Part shown: piece after piece, positions 1 through 14,583 of the stretch
Layout: each line of letters opens with the position of its first letter
How positions within the stretch are numbered: position 1 is the first letter of the stretch
Assembly (NCBI RefSeq): GCF_029227855.1
Contig: NZ_CP074356.1
Length of the DNA: 64,000 nucleotides
From: Escherichia coli
GTDB taxonomy: Bacteria > Pseudomonadota > Gammaproteobacteria > Enterobacterales > Enterobacteriaceae
Direction: 5' to 3' (one strand)
Program-made: the position numbers and the translations under genes
The notes under the pieces: generated by a model
What the model saw: the letters and a program-made list of their open reading frames with translations, nothing else
Database searches by the model: none
What the model was told of the DNA's origin: nothing

Positions 1-298
1 AGAGCATATTGTCGATTTTCGACATCTGCTCATAGCGGGCAGTCAGGCCGCTACTTTGCGTCTGCGCCGCACGTAACTGGTTGGTAATAAACGCATCATA
101 CTCACGCTGCACACCAGAAACGTAGACGCCATTGCCAACCCAGCCGCCAGCGCCCAACGTGCTATTGGCCTGCGCCATAATAGTGGTTTGGCGGGTATAT
201 CCGGCAACGTTATAGCTGGAGATATTATTACTTGCCGTATTTAACGCCGCCTGGGCCGCGTTCAGTCCGCTCATGGCGTTATTGATCAAGCTGGACAT
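1..298 (-). CDS. flgK: Flagellar hook-associated protein 1 FlgK, N-terminal part only (gene runs off the window start)
   Basis: Reverse-strand ATG at 298..296 translates MSSLINNAMSGLNAAQAALNTASNNISSYNVAG; sits downstream of flgJ in the flg cluster. Confidence 0.85.
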   Translation of the reverse strand, partial: MSSLINNAMSGLNAAQAALNTASNNISSYNVAGYTRQTTIMAQANSTLGAGGWVGNGVYVSGVQREYDAFITNQLRAAQTQSSGLTARYEQMSKIDNML

Positions 299-331
299 GG
301 AGGTTCCTTATAAGCCTTCAATTACAGAGTA

Positions 332-358
332 TTATCGGCAGCGACCCGCCGGACTTGA
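332..358 (-). promoter_or_regulatory. Candidate sigma-28 (FliA) class 3 promoter for flgKL
   Basis: Reverse strand carries GCCGATAA (plus 332..339) with a partial -35 match TCAAGTCC 11 nt upstream, just before the flgK start. Confidence 0.5.
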
Positions 359-363
359 GTTAT

Positions 364-1305
364 TCAGAACAGATTATCAATGTTCATGCTGTAGGTTTTG
401 CTCACCTTGTCGCTTATCGATTTCATCTGCTGAATCATGTTGGTGAGTTTGCGGGCATAGTGAGGATCGGTGGCATAGCCCGCGTCCTGTAGGGCCTGCG
501 CCCCCTGCTCCGCACTCGCGGCGGTCGTCACGGCGGCGTAGCGCGGGTTACGCGTTAACAGCCCAACGTAATCCGACAATGCTTCCAGATACGAGCTGTA
601 GACCCGAAACTTCGCTTTTACTTTCTTCGCTTCGCCATTTTCATATTCAGTCGTGGTGATTTCAGTGACTGGCCCTTTCCAGTTGCCAGAGGCTTTGACG
701 CCAAACAGGTTATAGCTCGGCTCGCCGTTTTCACGGCGGATTTGCCGTTGTCCCCAGCCAGATTCCAGCGCCGCCTGAGCGAGGATCAAATGATGTGGCA
801 CACCACTTTGCTGGCTTGCCAGTTGGGCTGGCAGCGAGAGTTGCGCGAGGAATGCTTTACTGTCACCCGGCAGCGAATCATCGTAGTTACGTGGTACGGC
901 CTTTTGCACCAGCTGCGAAAGCGTCTGATTTTGATAACGCACCACGGTTTCGAGCGGGAATTTCATCGGTGCTGCTGGCGTGGACTCCTCTGGCAATGGT
1001 TGTTCTGGCGTCATCTGTTTAACCATCATCTCTGCCAGCCCCAGACCTTTGCCCGCCGTCATCTGTTGGGCAATCTGCTGGTCATACATACTGGTATACA
1101 GGCGAGTGTGCTCGCTGCTGAACAGGCCATCTTTTGGTAAAGCGTCGCGCATGCTTTTCAACATCATCTGCACGAACATCCCTTCCACCTGGCGGGCCAC
1201 CGGACGGATATTTGCCGCCGGATCTTCGCCCGTTTTCGCCTTAAGTTCGTTGAGCGATTGTGCATCCCAGGCCGCACTTGCCAGTAGTTTGCTGTCGCTG
1301 ATCAT
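364..1305 (-). CDS. flgJ: Flagellar rod-assembly protein and peptidoglycan hydrolase FlgJ
   Basis: ORF 364..1335; start placed at internal Met giving [22 protein letters not shown] (313 aa); ATG overlaps the flgI stop by 1 nt. Confidence 0.92.
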   Translation of the reverse strand: MISDSKLLASAAWDAQSLNELKAKTGEDPAANIRPVARQVEGMFVQMMLKSMRDALPKDGLFSSEHTRLYTSMYDQQIAQQMTAGKGLGLAEMMVKQMTPEQPLPEESTPAAPMKFPLETVVRYQNQTLSQLVQKAVPRNYDDSLPGDSKAFLAQLSLPAQLASQQSGVPHHLILAQAALESGWGQRQIRRENGEPSYNLFGVKASGNWKGPVTEITTTEYENGEAKKVKAKFRVYSSYLEALSDYVGLLTRNPRYAAVTTAASAEQGAQALQDAGYATDPHYARKLTNMIQQMKSISDKVSKTYSMNIDNLF

Positions 1306-2402
1306 CAGATGATTTCCAGTTTTGCCCGCAGACATCCCGCACTTTGCATTGATTGCAGTATGGACATCAGATCCATCGGCGTAGCGCCCAGCGCATTGAG
1401 CGCACGCACCACGTTATTGAGGCTGGCGCTGGAACGTACGCTTTGCAGCGAACCGCCGCTCTGGCGTAAATCGATCTGCGTTTGTGGAGTAACCACAGTC
1501 TGCCCACCACCAAACGGTGTATCTGGCTGGCTGACATTGGCCTGACGATTAACTGTTACTGAGAGATTCCCCTGCGCTACCGCGCAGCTGTCGAGGGTCA
1601 CTTCGCGATTCATCACCACCGAACCAGTGCGCGAGTTAATCACTACTTTAGCGTCCTGCGGGGTGACATTAACCTGCATATTCTGGATATCGGCAAGGAA
1701 ACGGACCTGGGAACTGTTGCCACTCGGTACGCGCACCTGAATAGTCCGCGCATCTAACGCGGTGGCGCTGCCATATCCACGCACACGGTTGATGGTGTCA
1801 GCGATTTGCTGCGCCATACTGAAATCTTCGTCGTTAAGTTGCAAATTAAGGGTATTCCCGACGCCAAACTGGCTGGGCAATTCACGTTCAATAACCGCAC
1901 CATTGGTGATCCGTCCACCGTTCAGTTGGTTCACCTGAACACTGCTACCGCCAGCGGAGGCCCCTGCGCCGCCAACCAGAATATTGCCCTGCGCCAGCGC
2001 ATACACCTGACTGTCAACGCCCTTAAGCGGTGTCATCAATAACGTACCGCCACGCAGACTTTTGGCATTTCCCATGGAAGAAACCACCACGTCAATGGTT
2101 TGCCCCTGACGTCCAAACGGTGGAAGTGACGCTGTCACCATAACCGCAGCGACGTTTTTTAGCTGCATATTAGTGCCCGTCGGAACGGTAATTCCCAGCT
2201 GTGAGAGCATGTTATTAAGCGTTTGTGTGGTAAACGGCGTCTGAGTTGTCTGGTCACCTGTACCATCAAGCCCCACCACCAGGCCATAGCCAATCAGTGA
2301 GTTTTGCCTTACCCCCTGAACACTGGTGAGATCGCGAATACGCTCAGCCTGAGCCGCCGTGGTAACCAGTAAAAGAATTAATGCAGAGAGAAATTTAATC
2401 AC
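1305..2402 (-). CDS. flgI: Flagellar P-ring protein FlgI
   Basis: ORF 1305..2405; signal peptide [18 protein letters not shown]; likely GTG start at 2402 (alternative GTG at 2405); 365 aa. Confidence 0.92.
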
Positions 2403-2413
2403 CACAGCCTCAC

Positions 2414-3112
2414 TTACATTGGTGACAGGTTGAGGAAGAAACGCTGCAACCAGCCCATATTTTGCGCTTCGTTAATGTAGCCATTGCCTACGTATTCAAT
2501 GCGCGCATCCGCCACCTGAGTAGACGGTACGGTATTGCTGCCGCTGATAGTGCGTGGATTAACTACACCAGAGAAGCGAATAAATTCGGTACCCTGATTA
2601 ATGGCGATCTGTTTTTCACCCACCACATGCAGGTTGCCGTTGACCAGTACCTGGTCAACCGTCACCGTCAACGTGCCGCTAAAGGTATTGCTGGCATTGG
2701 CCCCGCCTTTTCCGTTGAACGTGTTACCACCGGAGGCTTCGACATCGGCACGAGCGTTACCAAACAGCCCCTGCAAATAGCGCGGCACAGTATCAAAGCC
2801 AAAATTAGATTTACCGTCACGGCTGGCATTCGCAGAGGAGCTTTTGCTGGCGCTGACGTTCTCCTGCAACACGATGGTCAGCGTATCGCCAATATTGCGT
2901 GGTCGACGATCTTCAAACAGCGGTTGATAGCCATAGTTAATCGGCTGAGCAGACTGGAAAATAGAACCGTTGGCGACGGGCGTCGGACCGGGAACCGGTT
3001 GTGCACTGGTCGCCCCCTGTACCAGCGGCGTGGAGGGTATCCAGGCGCAGCCGGTTAGTGAAAGCACCAACAAGCTGGAAATGGCATAAGTATGCGCAGC
3101 GTTTTTTTGCAT
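2414..3112 (-). CDS. flgH: Flagellar L-ring lipoprotein FlgH
   Basis: ORF 2414..3127; start placed at [24 protein letters not shown] (lipobox LTGC); 232 aa. Confidence 0.92.
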
Positions 3113-3164
3113 GGCTATCATCTTCAAAAATCAGTAAACCGGTGAATCTGCCACCGGTTATGCC

Positions 3165-3965
<801 letters not shown>

Positions 3966-4083
3966 TTAGTGACAAGCAGAGCAGAAGCACGCGACGGTGC
4001 GAATTTCCCCTCACCCTAACCTCTCCCAAAATGGGCGAGAGAATAGTCCGCGCGCTTTTATTGCAATGTCATCAATCGTTTAA

Positions 4084-4839
4084 TTAACTCATCGACAACA
4101 GTTGGTTGGCACGGCCTGCGTTATCATCGACGCTGCTGATCACCTTCATCTGCATTTCAAAACGCCGCGCGCTGGCAATCATGTCGCTCATTGCCGCAAC
4201 GGCATTGACATTACTGCCTTCCAGAACTCCCGACATCACACGCAAGGTTGGATCTGCCTGCAGTACCGGCCCACGCGTGGCCTGGCTTTCCGCGCTTAAA
4301 CGAAAAATGCCGTCGTCACCGCGCTGCACTTCGCTGCCCGTGGCTTTCACCAGTTTCAGACGCCCCACTGGCGCAACCGTATTTGCCGGATCGCCCGGAT
4401 TCAGCGCCGAGATTGTGCCATCGGCAGCAATAGTGATTTCCGCCCCTTCCGGCACAGCAATTGGCCCCGCCTCGCCTATCACCGGATGCCCCTGAATTGT
4501 CAGTTGCCCGGTGGGATCAACCTGAATGCTGCCATTACGCGTATACCCTTCGCTGCCGTCAGCGGTCTGCACGGCCAGCCAGCCATCCTGCTGCAACGCA
4601 ACGTCCAGCGGGCGCGAGGTGTAATCCATCTTGCCGGGCGTCATGTCTGCACCCGGCGTTGACGCCGTTACCAGCGTGCGCGTGGGCAGTGAAAGCCCTT
4701 CCACCGGCACTGCGCGCAAGGCGTTTAACTGCGCGCGAAAACCGGGCGTAGAGGCATTGGCCAGATTACTGGCGGTTACCGCCTGTTGATTCAACGTCTG
4801 GCTGGCTGCTCCCATCGCGGTATAAATTGCGTGATCCAT
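4084..4839 (-). CDS. flgF: Flagellar proximal rod protein FlgF
   Basis: 251 aa ORF, MDHAIYTAMGAASQTLNQQAVTASNLANASTPGFRAQ; operon position. Confidence 0.95.
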   Translation of the reverse strand: MDHAIYTAMGAASQTLNQQAVTASNLANASTPGFRAQLNALRAVPVEGLSLPTRTLVTASTPGADMTPGKMDYTSRPLDVALQQDGWLAVQTADGSEGYTRNGSIQVDPTGQLTIQGHPVIGEAGPIAVPEGAEITIAADGTISALNPGDPANTVAPVGRLKLVKATGSEVQRGDDGIFRLSAESQATRGPVLQADPTLRVMSGVLEGSNVNAVAAMSDMIASARRFEMQMKVISSVDDNAGRANQLLSMS

Positions 4840-4858
4840 TGAGCTATCCCGTCAGCGA

Positions 4859-6064
4859 TTAGCGTAAGTTAACCAGCGTGTTGAGGATCTGGTCCTGGGT
4901 TTTGATGGTCTGGGCGTTAGACTGATAGTTACGCTGGGCAACGATCATATTGACCAGTTCTTTACTGAGATCGACGTTGGACGCTTCCAGCGCACCGTTG
5001 GTCAGGGTGCCAAAGTTGCCCGTCCCTGCTGTCCCCAACAGCGCCACGCCAGAAGATTGCGTCGCAGACCAGACGTTGTCGCCTTCGGATGCCAGACCTT
5101 CGTTGTTGGCAAAGTTCGCCAGTACAATCTGCCCCAGCAGTTGGGTTTGTTCGTTGGAATAGTTGCCGACAACCGTACCGTCATCATTGATTTGATAACT
5201 CACCAGATCGCCCGGTTTGTAGCCGTTCTGGGTGGTTGCCACAATGTTGTTAGCACCGGTATTTTGCTGCATGGAGTTGAGGAAACTCAGGCTAAACGTG
5301 GCGGGATCTGCGCCGTTAATTGCGCCAGTGGAAATATTCGCTGTTGGATCTGAGGTCAGAACGCCATTGGCATTAAACACCAGTGTTGTCGCTGTCTTCG
5401 CAATGCTGTTTGGATCACTACTATCCTGGGTGTAGACCTGCCAGTTATTATCCCCGGTCTTCACAAAGTAGACGCTCATGTCATGAGCATTACCCTGACT
5501 ATCGAAAACAGTCACCGAACCTTTTTTGTTATAGCTATCCGCATTGCTGGCATCAAATGCGTTAACAGAGGGAAGCGGATCACTGGAATTCAGGTTGATC
5601 TGCATCGACGCCGTGGTGGTAGTTTTCGCTGCCATCAGGGTATTCGGGATCGAAATATTGGTCGGATTCGCCCCTTGCTGAATAGTCGGCGGCGTACCGG
5701 TTGCCGGGTAACCCGTCAGCTGTAAACCTTGCATATTCACCAGGTTACGGTTTTCATCCAGCTTAAATTGTCCGTTACGGCTGTAGAACACCGAACCGTT
5801 GCTGTCTACCAGACGGAAAAAACCGTTCTGGCTGATAGCAACGTCCAGACCACGCCCGGTGTTGGTGGTCGTGCCATCGGTAAAGTCCTGAGTGATACCG
5901 GCAACTTTTACCCCCAGTCCCACTTTCGAACCGGCAAACATATCGGCAAAAGAGGCCGTGCCTGATTTAAAGCCGTAGGTGGCGGAGTTGGCGATATTGT
6001 TGCCAATAACATCGAGGTTGGTGGCGGCAGCGTTTAATCCGCTAACCGCTTGAGAAAAGGCCAT
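4859..6064 (-). CDS. flgE: Flagellar hook protein FlgE
   Basis: 401 aa ORF, MAFSQAVSGLNAAATNLDVIGNNIANSATYGFKSG with conserved C-terminus ...VNLR. Confidence 0.95.
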   Translation of the reverse strand: MAFSQAVSGLNAAATNLDVIGNNIANSATYGFKSGTASFADMFAGSKVGLGVKVAGITQDFTDGTTTNTGRGLDVAISQNGFFRLVDSNGSVFYSRNGQFKLDENRNLVNMQGLQLTGYPATGTPPTIQQGANPTNISIPNTLMAAKTTTTASMQINLNSSDPLPSVNAFDASNADSYNKKGSVTVFDSQGNAHDMSVYFVKTGDNNWQVYTQDSSDPNSIAKTATTLVFNANGVLTSDPTANISTGAINGADPATFSLSFLNSMQQNTGANNIVATTQNGYKPGDLVSYQINDDGTVVGNYSNEQTQLLGQIVLANFANNEGLASEGDNVWSATQSSGVALLGTAGTGNFGTLTNGALEASNVDLSKELVNMIVAQRNYQSNAQTIKTQDQILNTLVNLR

Positions 6065-6088
6065 GACTGACTCCTGAAATGTGAAGGC

Positions 6089-6784
6089 TTAAATTATCTG
6101 CCGTACTTCGTCGAGGGTGGTGGTGCCGTAAGTGCCGAGATCCAGCGTATTACCGTTGTTGCCGCGGATCACACCCTGCACCAAAGCAAACTGCAGCGGC
6201 TGGGCAACCAGTTGTGTACCACCGTTACTGGCGCTAATCGCTACGTTGTAAGAACCGTTCGGCGCAGTGCTGCCGTCAGTCAACGTACCGTCCCAGGTGA
6301 AACTGTGGACTCCGGCGGTCAGTTCACCAATATCAATGGTGCGCACAACCGCGCCATTTTTATCGGTGATGGTGGCCGTAACTTTGTCTGCCGCCTGTTG
6401 CAGCTCAACACCAAACGGCGTGGTCGTGGTCACAGCCCCTTCTTCACTGCCGGTTCCCGCAAGAACAGTGGTGCCGGGGATCATCACGCCGTGACCGATC
6501 AGGTTACTGGCCTGTAACGACTGGCTGTTATCAATCTGTCCGGAAATAGATCCGAGCGTGGTATTGAGTTTTTCAATCCCGCTGACCGTGCTGATTTGAG
6601 CCAATTGCGACGTCAGCTCGTTGTTTTCCATTGGATTGGTCGGGTCCTGGTTTTTCAGCTGCGCCACCAGCAAAGTCAGAAAACTGCTTTGTAAATCTGC
6701 GGCGTTGCTGCCCGTGAGCGAACTACTACTGGTGGTGCTGACGCCGGTATTTGTCGGATCGGTGGTGGTTACCGCAATGGACAT
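6089..6784 (-). CDS. flgD: Flagellar hook capping/assembly protein FlgD
   Basis: 231 aa ORF, MSIAV...NAADLQSSFLTLLVAQLKNQDPTNP; operon position. Confidence 0.93.
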   Translation of the reverse strand: MSIAVTTTDPTNTGVSTTSSSSLTGSNAADLQSSFLTLLVAQLKNQDPTNPMENNELTSQLAQISTVSGIEKLNTTLGSISGQIDNSQSLQASNLIGHGVMIPGTTVLAGTGSEEGAVTTTTPFGVELQQAADKVTATITDKNGAVVRTIDIGELTAGVHSFTWDGTLTDGSTAPNGSYNVAISASNGGTQLVAQPLQFALVQGVIRGNNGNTLDLGTYGTTTLDEVRQII

Positions 6785-6795
6785 AGTTTTCTCCT

Positions 6796-7200
6796 TTATT
6801 GACCGAGCGTAAGGGTTTTCAGCATCATGCTTTTCACCGTGTTGAGCACTTCAACATTGGCCTGATAGCTGCGTGACGCCGACATGGTGTTAACCATCTC
6901 TCCGACGACATCAACGTTTGGCATTTTCACGTAGCCCTTTGCATCCGCCAGCGGATTACCCGGTTCATAAACCAGTTTGTCCGGGGCCTGACTTTCTATA
7001 ACATCGGCAACCTTTACGCCGCCTGTCGCAGCACCTGGTGCAGCGTTAACCTGGAATACCACCTGTTTTGCCCGATATGGCTGTCCATCGGGACCGGTCA
7101 CGCTATCAGCATTCGCCAGATTACTGGCCGCCACGTTCAGGCGCTGGGACTGGGCAGTTAACGCCGACCCGGCGATATCAAAAATATTCAGCAGTGCCAT
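6796..7200 (-). CDS. flgC: Flagellar basal-body rod protein FlgC
   Basis: 134 aa [37 protein letters not shown]. Confidence 0.95.
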
Positions 7201-7203
7201 CCG

Positions 7204-7620
7204 TTAATTTCCGCTCTGTAAAACGTTCATCATGCCTTTGATTTGCCCGCTCAACGCGCTAAGGCTCATCTGGTATTGCAGGCTGTTATCGGCAAACTGG
7301 GTGCGTTCGCGATCCATATCGACGGTATTACCGTCAAGCGAAGGCTGGTCCGGAATACGGTATTGCAGTTCTGCGGTAGGAGGCGTCAGCGCCTGCGCCG
7401 GAATGTGTTGCGTTGAGGTCATCGTCAGTGCAACCACACTGGTTGCATCCCGTCCACGTTGCATGACTTTTTTAAGTTCACTGGCAAAATCGATATCGCG
7501 CGCCTGATAACCAGGGGTATCGGCATTGGCGATGTTTGCTGCCAGCACTTCCTGACGCTGGGCGCGCAGATTGAGCGCCTCTTGTTGAAAACGTAAGGCG
7601 GCGTCGAGCTTATCGAGCAT
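7204..7620 (-). CDS. flgB: Flagellar basal-body rod protein FlgB
   Basis: 138 aa [48 protein letters not shown]. Confidence 0.95.
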
Positions 7621-7774
7621 ATCTCCTCCGCAGGTATCAAAATTCTGCCATCAGCTTAAATGCCTTTACGCGCGCGTTATCGGCGGAATAAACGCAAAAT
7701 GGGTCGCTATTTATGCCGTTGATGGTCATTGCGGACAGGTACAATTCACGTTGTAGAAATGGCAGGGGGCGAAA
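7621..7774. promoter_or_regulatory. Divergent flgB / flgA control region (class 2 FlhDC-dependent promoters expected)
   Basis: 154-bp spacer between divergently oriented flgB and flgA starts; the class 2 assignment is from established flagellar regulon knowledge, no site was mapped base by base. Confidence 0.5.
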
Positions 7775-8434
7775 ATGCTGGCAATAAAACGTAGCGTGGC
7801 GATCATCGCGATACTGTTCAGTCCGTTAAGTGCGGCGAGCAATCTCACATCGCAATTGCACACCTTTTTTAGCGCCCAGCTCGCGGGGGTAAGTGATGAG
7901 GTTCGTGTTTCTATTCGTACAGCGCCCAATCTACTACCGCCGTGCGAGCAGCCATTGCTTTCGATGAGCAATAATTCCCGCCTGTGGGGCAATGTGAATG
8001 TGTTGGCACGCTGCGGTAACGACAAACGATATTTACAGGTTAATGTGCAGGCCACAGGAAATTATGTGGTTGCCGCAATGCCCATTGTGCGGGGAGGAAA
8101 GCTGGAAGCTGGCAATGTCAAACTGAAACGCGGACGGCTGGATACCCTGCCACCGCGTACGGTGCTGGATATCAATCAACTTGTTGATGCCGTTAGCCTG
8201 CGCGATCTATCACCCGATCAACCTATCCAGTTAACCCAGTTTCGCCAGGCATGGCGGGTAAAAGCGGGACAACGCGTCAACGTGATCGCCAGCGGTGATG
8301 GGTTTAGCGCCAACGCAGAAGGTCAGGCGCTGAACAATGCTGCCGTCGCACAGAATGCGCGGGTGCGCATGGTATCGGGACAGGTGGTCAGCGGCGTTGT
8401 TGATGCAGATGGGAATATTCTTATAAACCTGTAA
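7775..8434 (+). CDS. flgA: Flagellar P-ring assembly chaperone FlgA
   Basis: 219 aa ORF, MLAIKRSVAIIAILFSPLSAASNLTSQLH; divergent from flgB. Confidence 0.93.
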   Translation: MLAIKRSVAIIAILFSPLSAASNLTSQLHTFFSAQLAGVSDEVRVSIRTAPNLLPPCEQPLLSMSNNSRLWGNVNVLARCGNDKRYLQVNVQATGNYVVAAMPIVRGGKLEAGNVKLKRGRLDTLPPRTVLDINQLVDAVSLRDLSPDQPIQLTQFRQAWRVKAGQRVNVIASGDGFSANAEGQALNNAAVAQNARVRMVSGQVVSGVVDADGNILINL

Positions 8435-8439
8435 GCTGT

Positions 8440-8466
8440 TAAAGATTACCCGTCCCTTGCCGATAA
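8440..8466 (+). promoter_or_regulatory. Sigma-28 (FliA) class 3 promoter for flgMN
   Basis: TAAAGATT-N11-GCCGATAA matches the sigma-28 consensus TAAAGTTT-N11-GCCGATAA, about 45 nt upstream of the flgM ATG. Confidence 0.75.
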
Positions 8467-8509
8467 ATAAGCAACACATGATAAAAGCGCCCTCAATGAG
8501 GAATAAACC

Positions 8510-8803
8510 ATGAGTATTGATCGCACTTCGCCTCTGAAGCCCGTAAGCACCGTTCAACCGCGCGAAAACACTGACGCGCCGGTAACGAACACCCGGGCGG
8601 CAAAAACAACCGCCTCCACCAGCACCAGTGTGACGTTAAGCGACGCGCAAGCAAAACTGATGCAACCCGGCAGCAGTGATATCAATCTTGAACGTGTCGA
8701 AGCGTTAAAACTGGCGATTCGTAACGGTGAACTAAAAATGGACACCGGCAAAATTGCCGATGCGCTGATCAACGAAGCGCAGCAAGACTTGCAGAGTAAC
8801 TGA
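8510..8803 (+). CDS. flgM: Anti-sigma-28 factor FlgM
   Basis: 97 aa [22 protein letters not shown]...; preceded by the sigma-28 promoter. Confidence 0.95.
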   Translation: MSIDRTSPLKPVSTVQPRENTDAPVTNTRAAKTTASTSTSVTLSDAQAKLMQPGSSDINLERVEALKLAIRNGELKMDTGKIADALINEAQQDLQSN

Positions 8804-8807
8804 TCGT

Positions 8808-9224
8808 ATGACGCGTCTTGCAGAGATCCTCGACCAGATGTCCGCTGTGCTTAACGATCTCAAAACGGTAATGGATCAAGAGCAGCAACATCTCTCTATG
8901 GGGCAGATCAACGGCAGCCAGTTGCAATGGATTACAGAACAAAAAAGCTCTCTGCTGGCGACGCTGGATTACCTCGAACAGTTACGCAGGAAAGAACCCA
9001 ATGCAGCAAATAGCGTTGATATTAGTCAACGCTGGCAGGAAATTACTGTGAAAACGCAGCAACTACGCCAAATGAATCAACATAACGGCTGGTTACTGGA
9101 AGGACAGATTGAGCGCAATCAACAGGCGCTGGAAATGTTGAAACCGCATCAGGAACCGACGCTATATGGAGCGAACGGTCAGACCTCAACAACCCATCGC
9201 GGCAGTAAAAAGATTTCGATCTGA
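8808..9224 (+). CDS. flgN: Flagellar export chaperone FlgN (for FlgK/FlgL)
   Basis: 138 aa ORF, MTRLAEILDQMSAVLNDLKTVMDQEQQHL; immediately downstream of flgM. Confidence 0.93.
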   Translation: MTRLAEILDQMSAVLNDLKTVMDQEQQHLSMGQINGSQLQWITEQKSSLLATLDYLEQLRRKEPNAANSVDISQRWQEITVKTQQLRQMNQHNGWLLEGQIERNQQALEMLKPHQEPTLYGANGQTSTTHRGSKKISI

Positions 9225-9233
9225 AGATTATCT

Positions 9234-9254
9234 CCGGCCTGCACTGCAGGCCGG
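9234..9254. terminator. Bidirectional hairpin between convergent flgN and murJ
   Basis: Near-perfect palindrome CCGGCCTGC-ACT-GCAGGCCGG in the 39-bp convergent gap. Confidence 0.6.
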
Positions 9255-9263
9255 AATACATTG

Positions 9264-10886
<1,623 letters not shown>

Positions 10887-10908
10887 CTACCGCCAGATGT
10901 TACAGGGT

Positions 10909-11832
10909 TTATTCACTCATCGCATCGCGCCAGATCTTGTCAACGATACGTTGCGCCAGCACTGCCTGTTCGCCGGCGGTTTGCGGAACTGTCTGATTTT
11001 GCACGCATTCAATGAAGTGCCGCGCACAGCCGACAAATCCACGTTGCTCAAGCGTACTCTGCCAACCAGGAATCGGTTTATGCACTACGCCCTGCCCGCG
11101 CTCCTCACGCCATTCGCGCATATCCATAATGTCGATGAGCGCACCGTCAGTCACGGCCTGCACGGTTTCACGCTGACTTCCGGCACGGCGATGCATACAG
11201 GTGGTGATCTGCAAAGGACCGGCCGAAAAATGGTGCTCGGCAAACAGCATTTCGCCAGCGTCGTTAGTCAGTAGCGTACCGCCATCCAGAGAGGCTTTGC
11301 CACCCGACAACCACAGCGCGGTATCCACCACATGCAGATAATCATCCAGCAACGTGAAATAAAGATCGTGTGGCCCGACGCTATTGCTACGATGTTTATC
11401 CATTCTTAGCGAGGCTGCGGTGGCGAGTTGCGTTTTTAACTCACCGTAGAGTGGTGCGAAACGACGGTTAAAACCGACCATCAACGTCAGTTTTTTCCGC
11501 GCCGCAAGTTCCACCAGCCGTTCAGCATCGCGCAGATTTTCTGCCAGCGGTTTATCGACACAGACATGTACCCCCGCATTGAGTAACGTACTGACCACGT
11601 CAAAGTGGCTGGCGGTGCTGGAATGCACAAAAACCGCATCGCAACTGGCGGCAAGGCTGGATAACGAATCGGCATAAGGAATGCGCCAGCTGTCACAAAT
11701 TGGCAGGGCTTTCGCGCGCGTAGGCGACCACGCACCTTGTAACGTCCAGTCAGACGCTGCCGCCAGCACCGGTAACCACGCCTTTTGCGCGATGCCGCCT
11801 AACCCCACTACGCCGATACGTAATTTTTTCAC
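10909..11832 (-). CDS. yceM: Predicted oxidoreductase YceM (MviM), Gfo/Idh/MocA family
   Basis: ORF 10909..11865; probable GTG start giving KKLRIGVVGLGGIAQKAWLPVL (Rossmann motif), 307 aa. Confidence 0.85.
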   Translation of the reverse strand: MKKLRIGVVGLGGIAQKAWLPVLAAASDWTLQGAWSPTRAKALPICDSWRIPYADSLSSLAASCDAVFVHSSTASHFDVVSTLLNAGVHVCVDKPLAENLRDAERLVELAARKKLTLMVGFNRRFAPLYGELKTQLATAASLRMDKHRSNSVGPHDLYFTLLDDYLHVVDTALWLSGGKASLDGGTLLTNDAGEMLFAEHHFSAGPLQITTCMHRRAGSQRETVQAVTDGALIDIMDMREWREERGQGVVHKPIPGWQSTLEQRGFVGCARHFIECVQNQTVPQTAGEQAVLAQRIVDKIWRDAMSE

Positions 11833-11833
11833 T

Positions 11834-13076
<1,243 letters not shown>

Positions 13077-13311
13077 TCTATACCTACTCCTTCCCGTAAC
13101 GTCTTTAATACGCTGTAAGTATTACTATACCTGCGCAACCAGACCCTGTGAAAAGTCCAGAATGCCATTTTCTGCATTATTCACATATTTGATAAAAACT
13201 CTCTATCAAAGCGACGTTTTGATAAAAAAATATTGTCCCCGAAGTGATGGGAAAAGTCTTAGCGGCAATGCAGAATAGAAAGTGCTCATCTTTTATTTCC
13301 CGGGAGGGGAA

Positions 13312-14520
13312 ATGTCCCGCGTGTCGCAGGCGAGGAACCTGGGTAAATATTTCCTGCTCATCGATAATATGCTGGTCGTGCTGGGGTTCTTTGTTGTCTT
13401 CCCGCTGATCTCTATCCGCTTCGTTGATCAAATGGGCTGGGCCGCCGTCATGGTCGGTATTGCCCTCGGCCTACGCCAGTTTATTCAGCAAGGTCTGGGT
13501 ATTTTCGGCGGAGCAATTGCCGACCGCTTTGGTGCCAAACCGATGATTGTTACCGGTATGCTGATGCGTGCCGCCGGATTCGCCACAATGGGTATCGCCC
13601 ACGAACCGTGGCTACTGTGGTTTTCATGCCTGCTTTCGGGACTCGGCGGCACGTTGTTTGATCCTCCGCGTTCGGCGCTGGTGGTGAAACTAATCCGTCC
13701 ACAACAGCGTGGTCGTTTTTTCTCGCTGTTGATGATGCAGGACAGTGCCGGTGCGGTCATTGGCGCATTGTTGGGGAGCTGGCTGTTGCAATACGACTTT
13801 CGCCTGGTCTGCGCCACAGGGGCAGTTTTGTTTGTGCTGTGTGCAGCGTTCAATGCGTGGTTGTTACCGGCATGGAAACTCTCCACCGTACGCACGCCCG
13901 TTCGCGAAGGCATGACCCGCGTGATGCGCGACAAGCGTTTTGTCACCTATGTCCTGACGCTGGCGGGTTACTACATGCTGGCTGTACAAGTGATGCTGAT
14001 GCTGCCAATTATGGTCAACGACGTGGCGGGCGCGCCCTCTGCCGTTAAATGGATGTATGCCATTGAAGCGTGTCTGTCGTTAACGTTGCTCTATCCTATC
14101 GCCCGCTGGAGTGAAAAGCATTTTCGTCTGGAACACCGGTTGATGGCTGGGCTGTTGATAATGTCATTAAGCATGATGCCGGTGGGCATGGTCAGCGGCC
14201 TGCAACAACTTTTCACCCTGATTTGTCTGTTTTATATCGGGTCGATCATTGCCGAGCCTGCGCGTGAAACCTTAAGTGCTTCGCTGGCGGACGCAAGAGC
14301 TCGCGGCAGTTATATGGGGTTTAGCCGTCTGGGTCTGGCGATTGGCGGCGCTATTGGTTATATCGGTGGCGGCTGGCTGTTTGACCTGGGCAAATCGGCG
14401 CACCAGCCAGAGCTTCCGTGGATGATGCTGGGAATTATTGGCATCTTCACTTTCCTTGCGCTGGGTTGGCAGTTTAGTCAGAAACGCGCCGCGCGTCGTT
14501 TGCTGGAACGCGACGCCTGA
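13312..14520 (+). CDS. mdtH: MFS multidrug efflux transporter MdtH
   Basis: ORF 13282..14520; start placed at [27 protein letters not shown] (402 aa); 12-TM MFS profile. Confidence 0.92.
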
Positions 14521-14583
14521 TTTGATACTCCCCCTTGACTCCTCCATACTGAAAGTGAACTGACAGCCAAATGGAGGAGTCAC

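Noticed and set aside
742-1312. Plus-strand ORFs of 75-132 aa (742..1140, 795..1022, 980..1312) inside flgJ
   Set aside because: They lie antisense within a confidently identified, conserved gene, and the translations are Arg/Cys/Trp-rich with no RBS or recognisable domain; typical shadow ORFs. The same applies to the many antisense track ORFs inside flgE, putA, opgH, pgaA, dgcT and others.
13177-13946. Minus-strand ORFs 13177..13431 and 13485..13946 around the mdtH start
   Set aside because: They overlap the rimJ-mdtH promoter region and the mdtH coding sequence antisense; mdtH is a clear MFS transporter in the other strand and the antisense translations have no features.
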